Shown one piece after another: positions 36,616 through 48,910 of a DNA stretch of 64,000 nt. Source of the DNA: Octopus vulgaris. Lineage: Eukaryota. The translations under genes were made by a program, and so were the position numbers. The DNA is taken from positions 20,460,001 through 20,524,000 of the forward strand of contig OX597824.1 of assembly GCA_951406725.2 (NCBI GenBank), read 5' to 3'. The notes beneath the pieces were generated by a model. The model did not search any database. It worked only from the letters and a program-made list of their open reading frames with translations, and was not told the DNA's origin. Numbering within the stretch: position 1 is the first letter of the stretch; the number at the start of each line of letters is the position of its first letter.

Positions 36616-36998
36616 TATTTCTTTATTGCCCACAGGGGGCTAAACATAGAGGTGACAAACAAGGACAGACAAAGAAATTAAGTCGATTACGTCGACCCCA
36701 GTGCTCAACTGGTACTCATTTAATCGACCCCGAAAGTGTGAAAGGCAAAGTCGACCTCGGCGGAATTTGAACTCAGAACGTAGCGGCTGACGAAATACCG
36801 CTAAACATTTCGCCCGGCGTGCTAACGTTTCTGCCAGCTCGTCGCCTTAATAACAAGATATTCTTTTCTACTCTAGGCACAAATTTTGGGGGAGGAGGCC
36901 AGTCGAGTAAATCGATCCCAGTACGCAACTGGTACTTATTTAATCGACCCCGAAAGGATGAAAGGCAAAGTCGACCTCGCCGGAATTTGAACTCAGAA
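36616..36998 (-). mobile_element. Two SINE family A copies with different tails
   Basis: Family A body with tail 1 (36616-36848) and tail 2 (36860-36998). Confidence 0.85.
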
Positions 36999-37905
36999 AG
37001 AAGGCATACCGTTATGGTTGTACAATATGGTTCATTTATTCACTCACATTGCCGATGGTTCGAATCTGCGTCGCGGGACCATTATCAGCCAAAAATTTTC
37101 ATTCAAAAGAAGACAGTTTTTCAGACTTTTAATGAGGAATGCAACAGCTTAGCGGCAAAGTTTATATCAAAGGAATGTCATTGTTATTCGCCGTTACCAA
37201 TGTTAGCAAATTAGCTGGCATGTTGTTGCTGTCAACGAATGTTAAACAAGCCGCTATCAAATCTGTGAGTGAGAATTCGTATCGCTGCCATGCCAAGAAT
37301 AAAGGGTTTTTTTCTTTTATCATGAGCGATTCGCTTCAATATCTTAATATCATTACTAAGCCGTTGAAGCGGGGTCCCAAGCTCAAGAACAGAACGACCG
37401 TTCCAGCAGATATTTCTTGAGGTTTCCACACTTCAACAACAGAACAACCACTACAATCCGCAAGACTATCCCCAGGGAAGGATTGAGTGTACAGCTAGTC
37501 TGTTCAGGACCTTCCTCACAAAAATGCCTATCGTTGAGGCGGATTCCTGACGCTAACAACCAAAGCACGCTGGTTAGCTGTTTCATTCGCTACTCAAACG
37601 TGTTTGCGAGAGAATATATTGTCTACTCGACACACGGCAGTAAATGTGACATTTGGCATTTTCATCTTCATTTTCACATTAAAGAACAACTTCTCACTCT
37701 CGCCTCCATTGATCAAAACAGCCCCTGGTAATTGCCATTTAACCCTAATATTAACAGGACCGTAGACCGAAATGGAAACTTGCAGAAGGCGGCACTTTTC
37801 ATCAGTCAATAAAAACCCATTATCAACGATCGACAGGTATTCGATGAATCTCATTGGTTAATCTAACCAGTTGTTATCAACTTCCCCCGTACAACGCAAA
37901 ATACC

Positions 37906-38118
37906 TATTTCTTTACCACCCACAAGGGGCTAAACATAGAGGAGACAAACAAGGACAGACATAGGTATTAAGTCGATTACATCGACCCCAGTGCGTAACT
38001 GGTACTTAATTTATCGACCCCGAAAGGATGAAATGTAAAGTCGACCTCGGCGGAATTTGAACTCAGAACGTAACGGCAGACGAAATACTGCTAAGCATTT
38101 CGCCCGGCGTGCTAACGT
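37906..38118 (-). mobile_element. Slightly 5'-truncated SINE A with 14-bp TSD
   Basis: CAACGCAAAATACC at 37892-37905 and 38121-38134. Confidence 0.9.
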
Positions 38119-38334
38119 ATCAACGCAAAATACCAACCCATTTTCTTTATACCTCACCCACAGGTGGTTTCTAACCCAGAACCTTATTAATTACTGATAG
38201 GGACCCCGTTTTGCAACCATAATATACTACCAAGTGCGAACATTGTTCTATTGTGTACCTATATCTTATTTACTGACCAAATACCTTTAATACAACGCAA
38301 ATTATATCATATTTTCAGCACTTCACAATCACGT

Positions 38335-38586
38335 GTTACTCTGCTGCTTCTGAAAAAAACGCCGTTACTCTGATGTTTATATGTGACCGCGTGTGTACCG
38401 TTGGCGATTTTTTTCCCCTCTGTCTTCCCTTCTCTGGATCTTTCCTACTCCTATGTCTCCGACGAAGAGCTCCGCTCGAAACGTTAAACCCTCCTCCTTC
38501 CCTTCCTTCCTGAGCGTCTAATAATACTATATTTGTTCCACGTCCTCGCGTTGTTGTGTTTTCTCTTTGTGTTTTCATGTTTGGAT

Positions 38587-38590
<4 letters not shown>
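38335..38590 (+). mobile_element. Probable Penelope-like terminal remnant ending in (TA)n
   Basis: Contains a minimal hammerhead-like motif; T-rich tail runs into (TA)n. Confidence 0.5.
38455..38489 (+). ncRNA. Minimal type I hammerhead-like motif (core variant)
   Basis: GUCU-CCGACGA-A-GAGC(UCC)GCUC-GAAACGUU-AAAC; palindromic ACGU in place of stem III; U4C core change. Confidence 0.5.
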
Positions 38591-38637
<47 letters not shown>

Positions 38638-38816
38638 GGGCTTAGTAAAATAAATTACTTTGCCGCATACTGAACTCATTAGAAATAGCAGCTAAAAAAC
38701 TTTTTAAAGCTATTTCTAATACTTAAAGAAAATCTCTCTCATATATAGTGTTTGCTTAATTCAACTCACAAAAGTTTGGGGGTAAGGACATCAAAAAATC
38801 AAATGCTAAGGTTATT

Positions 38817-38868
38817 TGAGAACGTACGTTTCAAGATTAGTCAAAACAACACTTCTATCATCAGCTCA
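38817..38868 (-). ncRNA. Type I hammerhead ribozyme motif (left arm)
   Basis: Reverse complement of 39117-39168. Confidence 0.55.
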
Positions 38869-39116
38869 GAAACTCCTTGGTTTGGATTTGGAAACACTGA
38901 AAGTAAGAACATACCCTTTCGAAGATCCGCTCGTAACTAACAGTGCCAACAAACCCAAATAAGCAAGCGAAGAATTTCTGTTCTCCCCTTTCCACCAGCG
39001 TGGGTTAAAATCATCAAACACTATGCTTATTTCGGTAAAATCCGAAGCATTAATTCGAGGGAGATTAATTATAATTTCAACAATTGAGGGTAAAATTGAG
39101 GGTAAAATTGAGTTTC

Positions 39117-39168
39117 TGAGCTGATGATAGAAGTGTTGTTTTGACTAATCTTGAAACGTACGTTCTCA
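39117..39168 (+). ncRNA. Type I hammerhead ribozyme motif (right arm)
   Basis: UGAG-CUGAUGA-[imperfect stem II]-GAAAC(GUAC)GUU-CUCA: intact core, 4-bp stem I, palindromic stem III. Confidence 0.55.
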
Positions 39169-40121
39169 AATAACCTTAGCATTTGATTTTTTGATGTCCT
39201 TACCCCCAAACTTTTGTGAGTTGAATTAAGCAAACACTATATATGAGAGAGATTTTCTTTAAGTATTAGAAATAGCTTTAAAAAAGTTTTTTAGCTGCTA
39301 TTTCTAATGAGTTCAGTATGCGGCAAAGTAATTTATTTTACTAAGCCCTTTTATATAATGTAATAATTTGAATTCGCCTTAAATGGTCCCTTTGCATACT
39401 GAACACTTGGTGAAATTGATTAATAATTAATTAATTTTACCCTCAATTGTTGAAATATATATATATATGTATATATATATAAGTTTGGGGATCACTGAGC
39501 TAGACGATGTGTTGCGTTCTTGAGCAAAACACTTCATTTCACATTGCTCCAGTCCACAAAATAATTACAGTCTGAAAAAAAAATTCATAGAATATGTATT
39601 TTTCTTTTCAAACTTTTCTGGAATAGGACGTTAGTAGTTTAGCGATCGAGAGAGAAGAGAGTGTCTACATAGAATGTAACAGTTTTCCCAAAGAATTCTA
39701 CCTTGCAAAGGTTTTCTTATAGAAGCTAATATTTCGTCATGCCAAAAGAACCTATGAAAAACAACAACAACAACAACAAAAAGACATCCAGAATAATAAC
39801 GGAGAAAAGCCAACCCACCTATACACCTGAAAAAAGTGACGTCATTTCAAAAGCAGCAACCACAAAAAAATATGATGTTTATCTTAAAAATAGTTGCAGA
39901 GATATAATAATATCTCAGAGATAAATAAATACGGCTAAAATAAGTTTGTCTTCAAAGACAAAAACGTAAATATGACAGCAAGTTTCAGAAATATATATGC
40001 AGAAATATTACTTTGACACACTGTTCTCGTATGATGTTGAAGTTTTATTTTTACATTGTATAGCAAATATATTTGCACGCCTAGTCCAAATATGTAACAG
40101 AAATGAAACGGCTCCAGTTTA

Positions 40122-40152
<31 letters not shown>

Positions 40153-40857
40153 TGGTACCATAATAGAAAACGGTAAAAATAGGTGTTATTCTAAATGAAG
40201 TCTTTATAGATGTTATCATTTACAGGAAATACTGAGATGTGTATCAAGTGAGGTCGTTAGTCGAGGAAGGAAGAAAAATAAATATCAAAAAGAAATTTTA
40301 ATTATTTTAATTAATATCCTCCAAATTTAGAAATTTCCTGGCCGCTCTCTCAGCTCATGGTTCTAGGTGTTACTTTCACTTTCGTCGAGGATTCGGCTCC
40401 TTGTGTTTTCCTTTCCCTGGTTCTTTGCTCCCCACTCTTTCGCTCCCTCTCTTCCTCTCCCCCGTCTCTCTCTCTCTCTCTCACTATCTCTCTTTCGCTC
40501 TCCCTCTTTTTCTGACCTTCACTCTCATTCGCACATCACTTCCACGTCCCTTAATTAAGAATTATTATTAGTGGCTTTTACTTAAATATGCTTAAATAAT
40601 TATTTGTCTTGCCGTTGGTCTCCCACCCCCACAACCACCACCCCCGCTCAGCTTAATGTGCGTTTCCGTCGCTACTCCTCCCCGCTTGAATACCACCACC
40701 AACAACAACACCTTCTCCTCCTCTTACTTTGACTTTCTATCTACTCCCTCCAATTCTAGCTTCACCCGCTTCCTTTTTTCTCATTGACCGTCTCACCCCT
40801 CGTCTTCCCCGGTCAAGCAATCCCTTCCTTTCAGGTATTATCATATTCTGAACCTTT

Positions 40858-41088
40858 GGCGGCGAGCTGGCAGAAACGTTAGCACGCCGGGCGAAATGCG
40901 TAGCCGTATTTCGTCTGTCGTTACGTTCCAAGTTCAAATTCCGCCGAGGTCGACTTTGCCTTTCATCCTTTCGGGGTCGATAAATAAAGTACCAGTTTCG
41001 CACTGGGGTCGATGTAATTGACTTAATCCCTTTGTCTGTCCTTGTTTGTCCCTTCTGTGTTTAGCCCCTTGTGGGCAATAAAGAAATA
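40858..41088 (+). mobile_element. SINE family A monomer
   Basis: Complete head to tail; TSD ATATT(C/T)TGAACC. Confidence 0.9.
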
Positions 41089-41516
41089 TATATTTTGAAC
41101 CCTTCTTCTTCTTCTTCTTCTTCTTCTTCTTCTTCTTCTTCTTCTTCTTCTTCTTCAGGTCAGCGATGATTGGCGCAGCCATGACAAAGTCGCTTGCCTT
41201 TTTTTTTCTCAAGCATTTAGGAATACATTATTCAACGTGTCACCCCCAACCACCACTTTTCAAGACGCTTGAGTGCAACATAAGGGAGATGTGGTTGCTA
41301 TATCAAGTAGATGGAGCGAACGTGGTGTGAGGCTGTGACTCGTCGAGAGTCGTCGAGAGCAACCTTTTAAGCAAGACAATACTAGACAAAGAAACAGGTG
41401 CACAAGCTAAGAAAAAAAATAACCGAACCACAGAGAAATACACTCACAAATGTAATGCAACGAAGACACCAGGCACCAAACCTATGAAAAATACACAAAC
41501 CCCCGCATAGAGAGTC

Positions 41517-41812
41517 TAGTGGAACCTCGGTTTATGTACGCCTCTCATCACGAACAAATCGGTTTACGGACAATTTCTCGAACATAAAACGTATCGGGTG
41601 ACGAACGATACCTCGAGTAACGAACAAGCAAGCCAGCAGAAACATTTGGCGACAACCTGGGAGTATCAGCGAGAGAGCGTCAGTTCCTAGCTAACTTTCA
41701 CTCAGTGCACACCCATGCTTGAATTCGTCGTGGCTTCTCTTGAATTTCCTATGCGAAAAATAGTTTCTGTTTACGAACATCCCGGATGACGAATTGCCTT
41801 CAGGGACGAATT
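41517..41812 (+). mobile_element. Tigger/pogo-type non-autonomous element fragment
   Basis: Begins (T)AGTGGAACCTCGGTTTA, resembling CAGT-type TIRs, with repeated ACGAAC subterminal motifs; right end not seen. Confidence 0.45.
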
Positions 41813-41813
41813 A

Positions 41814-42140
41814 GGATCTTTACCTTTTGACCGGCAGATTTAGAAAATAATTTTTTGTAACTAAACAGTTTCAAACTTCGTATACAGGTAAAATGTGTCA
41901 TATAAAACATCTTTTTACTCTTAGCGTTTTTGAGAAAAAATTTATGTTTACGAAGTTATTTCGTGTTAAAGTTCTCGTATTTCGGTAATTTCAACCAATC
42001 AACGACGTGTATTCAGCTGAATAAAATTACTGCTGTTATTTGTCAACCACAACTTCCGGCGGTGTATATTTCGTTTGTCACTGTTATTAATGAGATCGTT
42101 CGTGCGTTTGTACTGGTTTTAGCTTTAAGGGTTAGGGTTA
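41814..42140. mobile_element. Diverged relative of the GG-terminated MITE, truncated
   Basis: GGATCTTTACCTTTTGACCGGCAG start, body similar to 32727-32920, ends in TTAGGG repeats. Confidence 0.65.
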
Positions 42141-43442
42141 GCTCCACGAGGTTCCAACAAGGGTGGTGGCGAACCCTGCTGTACTCTTTCACCAAAACTT
42201 TCACTCTTTCACCAAAACTTTCACTCTTTCTTCCTGTTTCTGTTGTACCTGTATTTCAAAGGGCCAACCTTGTCACACTCTGAGTCACGCTGAATCTCCT
42301 CAAGGAGTATATTAAGGGTGCACGTGTCTGTGGAGGGCTCAGCCACTTGCACGTTAATTTCATGAGCAGGCTGTTCCGCTGATCGGATCAACTGGAACCC
42401 TCGTCGTCGTAACCGACGGAGTGCCACAACACACCTAGCAGCGTCTCGAGGCACACCAGTGTGCCGCGGCACACCGATCGCTAAGCAGTGATCTACACCA
42501 ATAACATGGAACCTGAGAACAATAAAAAGGAAATGCAACAACACACTCCAGCGACCCTTTATCCTGAAGATGAGCCTGTGAAGGTCATCAGTGTTTCACA
42601 CAAAGTGCAAGAAACTCATGCCAAAATATAAAAAAAGAAAAGAAAATTTATAAAAAAGACAAAACTAGAACATAGTCGTGTTTTCAATAAAGCAAATATT
42701 TTTTGTATCTATGTATGTCTTTGTATCTGTTGTTTCATTTTGTTTGTGTAGTTTTCCCCTCTCTGTGTACGCTTGTGTGTGCATGCGTGTGTGTGTGTGT
42801 GTTTGTGTGTGTGTATGTGTCTGTGTGTGCATGCGTGTGTGTGCATGTGTTTATGTGTATGCGCGTTTGTGTGTATGCGCGTGTGTTTGCATGCGTGTGT
42901 ATGTATGCGTGTGTGTGTGTATGCGTGTATGCGCGTGTGTGTGTATGCGTGTGTGTGTGTGTGTGTGTGTTTGCCTACGAAATGCGTGTGGTCTTTTACC
43001 ATATTTTTTTAACGATCCCACATTTGTGTTTTACATATTCCAAAGAACTCTCAAGATTCCTTGAGAAATCTTAGTAGATGATGATGATGATGATGATGAG
43101 AGTAACGATGATAATGATATTATGATGATGATGATAAGAGAGGGAGAGAGAGAGAGAGAGAGAGAGAGCCTTAACCCTTAATTTAGGATAATGGATTATA
43201 AAACTTTACACGGAGTGCGTTGTTGTTGTTGTTGTAGTTGTTGTTCTTGGTTGTGGTGGTGGCGGCGGCGGCGGTGGCGGTGTTGGCGGAAGTGAATGCG
43301 TGAGTGGTGGTGGTGGTGGTGGCGGCGGCGGCGGCGGCGGCGATATGGCAGCTCGGTTATTACCACCAGAGTCCCTCAAACAGAATTCAGTAATTATTTC
43401 AAGTTGTAGCAAAACAAAAATCAAGGATCCTAACATAGGAGA

Positions 43443-43518
43443 TAAGTATTTATTCGGGATACTCAACAGTAAATGTGTCAAATATATCTATCAGCACGTG
43501 CGCGCACGCACACACACA

Positions 43519-43570
<52 letters not shown>

Positions 43571-43620
43571 TATAGATATGGTTGGCACATTTACTGATGA
43601 GTATACCGAATAAACACTTA
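43443..43620. repeat. 39-bp inverted repeat enclosing a (CA)n microsatellite
   Basis: 43443-43481 versus 43582-43620, four differences. Confidence 0.9.
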
Positions 43621-43782
43621 TACATACACATACATATATATATATATACATATATATACACAGATACAAACATATATAATGCTATGTATTTATGTATATA
43701 TGTATATGTATGTATGTATGTATGTATGTGTGTGTATGTATATATATATGTGTGTGTACATACATATATATATGTATATATG

Positions 43783-43813
<31 letters not shown>

Positions 43814-43871
43814 ACATGTATGTACATATATATAATATATATATATATACACATACATAACTAGGTAGCCG

Positions 43872-43905
<34 letters not shown>

Positions 43906-43923
43906 CGTATATATATAGATATA

Positions 43924-43959
<36 letters not shown>

Positions 43960-44078
43960 TGTATGTATGTACAAATATATAATATATATGTGTGTGTGTG
44001 TGTGTATGTACTTATCTATATATAATATATATGCACATACATCATTATGTAGCTGTATATATGTGTGTGTGTGCGTGC

Positions 44079-44112
<34 letters not shown>

Positions 44113-44278
44113 GTGTACGTGTGGTGTATACATACATGTGGTACAAAATCCAGTGTCAACATGGAAAATAATAGAGATATTTCAATTGGTAAAAACATTA
44201 ACTTGTCAAAAGATGAAGGCTATATACGTAAGTTGCTTAATCGAGAATCTCTACACCTCTCCCCCCTCTCTCTCTCCC

Positions 44279-44328
<50 letters not shown>

Positions 44329-44649
44329 TACATACATAATATTTGTATATCATTTTTTTTCTCTCTAACGGTAGGGATTACTAAAGAGAAAAAATAACAA
44401 AAGCGATATGAATGCAAAATGGTTTTTTCTATGTTACAGAAGAGAGAGCGAGAGAGAGAGAGAGAGAGAAAAGAGAAGGCGGGAGAAAGTATGCGTGCAT
44501 GTGTGTGTGTGTGTGTGCATGTGTATGTGCATGTGTGTGTGTGTGTGTGCGTGCGTGCTTAAATTCCTGGAATATATCGTAAAGAGATAGAAATCTATAA
44601 CAAAGTTAGAAGGTGAGGGGGGAGAGAGGGGAAAGGAAGGACAATGAGA

Positions 44650-44823
44650 AGATGAAAGAAGAAGAGGAAGAAAAAGAAGAAGAAGAAGAGGAAGAAAAGG
44701 AAGAAGAAGAAGAAGAAGAAGAAGAGGAAGAAAAAGAAGAAGAAGAAGAAGAGGAAGAAAAAGAAGAAGAAGAAGAGGAAGAAAAGGAAGAAGAAGAAGA
44801 AGAAGAAGAAGAAGAGGAAGAAA

Positions 44824-44869
<46 letters not shown>

Positions 44870-44888
44870 AGAAGAAGAAGAAGAAGAA

Positions 44889-44920
<32 letters not shown>

Positions 44921-44995
44921 AGAAGAGGAAGAAAAAGAAGAAGAAGAAGAGGAAGAAAAAGAAGAAAAAGAAGAAGAGGAAAAAAAAGAAGAAGT
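44650..44995. repeat. (GAA)n-rich microsatellite
   Basis: Direct observation. Confidence 0.97.
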
Positions 44996-45228
44996 AGGAG
45001 ATTACAGAGAAAAATATTGGTCTCAAATTTTAGCACAAGGCCAGTAATTTATAGGGGTGGGGGTGGGGGGTGATGGAGGGGCTAGTTGATTGCATCGACC
45101 CCTCAGTGCTCAACAGGTGCTCATTGTATCGATCTCGAGAGGATGAAGGGCAAAGTCGACCTCAGCGGAATTTGAACTCAGAACGTAGCGGCAGACGAAT
45201 TGTCACTTAGCATTTTGCCCGGCGTGCA

Positions 45229-45229
<1 letters not shown>

Positions 45230-45268
<39 letters not shown>

Positions 45269-45919
45269 AGATGGATGTGTATGCATGTATGGTTGGATGG
45301 ATGCATGTATATAAGTGTATATGTATATACGTACAAACACACATACATTCATTCAGCATATGTATTCTGGATGGATCTGTATGTATGTGCATGTACGTGT
45401 GTGTATGTATGTATGTATGTATGTATGTATGTATGTATGTATGCATGTGTGTTTGTATGCATGTATGTGTATATGCATATATGTATCTGTGTATGAATGT
45501 ATATATATATATATGTATGTGTGTGCATGTATGTATGTATGTACGTATGTATATATATGTATGTGTGTACGTATGTATATATGTGTGTGCATGAATGTAT
45601 GTACGTTTATATACGTGTGTGTGTGTGTATGTATGTGTGTGTATGTATGTATGTATGTATGTTTGTATGTATGTATGTGTATATGCATATATGTATCTGT
45701 GTATGAATGTATATATATATATATGTATGTGTGTGCATGTATGTATGTATGTACGTATGTATATATATGTATGTGTGTACGTATGTATATATGTGTGTGC
45801 ATGAATGTATGTACGTTTATATACCTGTGTGTGTGTGTATGTATGTGTGTGTATGTATGTATGTATGTATGTTTGTATGTATGTATGTGTATATGCATAT
45901 ATGTATCTGTGTATGAATG

Positions 45920-45952
<33 letters not shown>

Positions 45953-46884
45953 TTGTGCATGTATGTGTATGTACGTATGCATATATATGTATGTGTGTGC
46001 ATGTATGTGTGTACGTATGTATATATGTGTGTGCATGAATGTATGTACGTTTATATATGTGTGTGTATGTATGTATGTATGTATGTATGTGTGTTTGTAT
46101 GCATGTATGTGTATATGCATATATGTATCTGTGTATGAATGTATATATATATGCATGTGTGCATGTATGTATGGACGTATGCATATATATGTATGTGTGT
46201 GCATGTATGTGTGTACGTATGTATATATATGTGTGTGCATGAATATATGTACGTTTATATACGTGTGTGTGTATGTATGTATGTATGTATGTGTGTGTGT
46301 ATGTATGTGCGTGTGTGCTTGTTTGTCTATCCCTCTGTCTGTATGTATGTATGTATGTATGTGTGCTTGTATGTATGGATGGATTAATGGATGGATGCGT
46401 GTATGTATGTGTCTGTTTATATGTGTGACTATGTATGAATGCATGTAGGCATGTGTAAATACCTTTGTATGTTTGTATGCAAAAAAAAACGTATGCGTGT
46501 ATTTGTGTATGTACATATGTATTTTCTCGTTTATTTCTAATTATTGAAATCTTCTACTAAGAAAGGAGCTGATTTTTAACAAAGACACAGAGTTCCATTA
46601 TTGGATTGCGAATAATAAAGACAATGCTACACGTTGAACTTCAGAAAAGTCTTGCATACTTTTACTGTTCCGCTTACAGATTGTCGTTGTAATGCACAAC
46701 TTAGCTGATGGATTTCTTTTTCTGAAAACCTTAGCTTATCCAGATTGTCACTTACAAAATCAAGGGTACGAATTATTCTTGGTATAGATACATGAATTTA
46801 TAAACTGGGTATAGAAGCTGGAGGTTTCGAAGCAGTTGACTATAATTATCCTCTTTCTCTTTGATTCATGTATGCATCATATAC

Positions 46885-46915
<31 letters not shown>

Positions 46916-47705
46916 TGTATGTATGTATGTATGTGTGTATGTATGTATGTATGTATGTATGTATGTATGTATGCATGCATGTATGTATGTATGTATGTAT
47001 GTATGTATGTATGTATGTATGTATGTATGCATGTATGTATGTATGTATGTATGTATGTATGTATGTATGTATGTATGTATGTATGTATGTATGTATGTAT
47101 GTATGTATGTGTGTATGTATGTATGTATGTGTGTATGTATGTATGTATGTATATATATGTATGTATGTATGTTCTCACTGTCCTGTTCTTATTACCACTT
47201 TCACCCTCCGCAAAAAAAAACCCAAATTTGATTTAATTTGTTTTGCGGGAAGGACTCTTTCAACGAAGTCGCGTATTGTCCTTGCCTTCATAACGCGGAG
47301 TAGATGAAACAGGGACAACTGAAGAAGGGGAATATTCTTTATGTTGCATGTCTCATTTCTCTGTTTGCTTTTTTCGTTGTTCGAAAAAAGTTCGTTTTCT
47401 ATGTTCTTGTTTTTATGTTTTCGTTTCTCATTGTGTTCAACGTTTTTTTTGATGTCCTGTACACATATATGCATGTATATATAAATATATATATGCAGGT
47501 ATGTACATATATGTATGTATGCATGTATATATGCATATATTTATATATTATGTATGTATGTATGTATGTATGTATGTATGTATGTATGTATGTATGTATG
47601 TATGTATGTATGTATGTATGTATGTATGTGTGGATGGATGGATGGATGTATAGATGGATGGATAAATGTGTATGTATATGTATGTACGTGTATGTATGTA
47701 TGTAT
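45230..47705. repeat. (TATG)n/(TG)n low-complexity region with a ~210-bp higher-order period in 45400-46300
   Basis: Near-identical ORF-track peptides offset by 210 bp (45497/45707, 45595/45805); a unique and T-rich stretch interrupts the region. Confidence 0.85.
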
Positions 47706-47709
47706 GTTA

Positions 47710-48070
47710 TGCCAGGTTACTTTTGAACGCTACTGGTAACATGTAATCCAGTACAGTCTACTACATGGTCGAGTCGTCGGCGACTAAACTGGCAATCGCA
47801 CTCAGCTTGCTTAGTGAGAATTGGACATCCTGCAGGATGAAAAACAAAACCTTGTCAAAGAACGGATGAATGCACTTAAAGTCAACAACCATCCAACGCT
47901 GCTCTTGCTATTTCTCATGGACAGCGGCAGTTCCTGCAGCAATCATCGACAGACTGGTGGCTCTGGTGCAATAAATACAGTGACTGCGCGGAGGATTGAC
48001 GTGTTTTCAACAATGGGCCCCGCATAACAGGCCCTGTCAACAAAGAACTGCGAAAATGAGAGGACATGAC
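47710..48070 (+). mobile_element. Possible RTE-clade LINE 5' UTR remnant
   Basis: GC-richer non-coding block starting abruptly after (TATG)n; resembles RTE 5' ends from memory only; partial HDV-like fold. Confidence 0.3.
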
Positions 48071-48087
48071 TCTATGAGAATTCTTTT

Positions 48088-48288
48088 TATTCTTTTACTT
48101 GCTTCAGTCATTTGACTGCGGCCATGCTGGAGCACCGCCTATAGTCGAGCAAATCGACCCCCAGGACTAATTCTTTGTAAGCATCGTACTTATTCTATTG
48201 GGCCTTTTTGCCGAACCGCTAAGTTACGGGGATGTAAACACACCAGCATCGGTTGTCAAGCGATGTTGGGGGGACAAACACAGACATA

Positions 48289-48340
<52 letters not shown>

Positions 48341-48468
48341 CACATATATACGACGGGCTTTGGTCGGCTCGAGGCTAGAGTAGAAGACACTTGCCCAAGG
48401 TGCCACGCAGTGGGACTGAACCCGGAACCATGTGGTTGGTAAGAAAGCTACTTACCACACAGCCACTC
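48088..48468 (-). mobile_element. SINE family B with internal deletion
   Basis: Family B blocks in reverse orientation. Confidence 0.85.
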
Positions 48469-48756
48469 CTACTTTGATGTAAAACCTGCGACTCGATGGC
48501 AGCCAATGATGTTGACTACAGTGATTTGGGGAGGAACAGGAACAGCTTGGTGAACTGGAAGAGAAAAGAAAATTAAAATGCATAGAAAGAACTCTGCTCT
48601 GATCTGATGTCCCTGAATTCGTAAAACATACCAAATTGCCCGACCGGCAATAAATATTTTGCCTTGCTTACCCCAACTGCAAGGATTTTAAAAAAATCTT
48701 ATTACATTTCACCCCTATGGTGTCTTACGAATTCTCCATCATGCAGGGGCATCAGA

Positions 48757-48910
48757 TCAGTCAGAAAAGCAGAGTTCTTTCTTTGCTATCATCTGAGAAA
48801 TATGTTGTCGAGCATTGTCATGAAGAATGATTGGCCCTCTTCTGTTGACCGGTCTGGGACGGAGGAATAGCAGTTTTTCGTTCATTTTGCCAATTTCATG
48901 GCAATATGTT
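48757..48910 (-). pseudogene. Mariner transposase fragment
   Basis: RPRPVNRRGPIILHDNARQH matches the mariner LHDNARPH motif (second catalytic D). Confidence 0.8.

Larger units (their letters stand above)
38635..39456. mobile_element. Penelope-like inverted terminal-repeat structure embedded in (TA)n
   Basis: Near-perfect ~241-bp inverted repeat (38635-38875 / 39110-39351) plus a 24-bp inverted repeat (39074-39097 / 39433-39456); hammerhead motif in each long arm. Confidence 0.65.

Noticed and set aside
44434-46516. Poly-Glu/Leu and YVCM-repeat ORFs up to 387 aa
   Set aside because: Artefacts of (GAA)n and (TATG)n repeats
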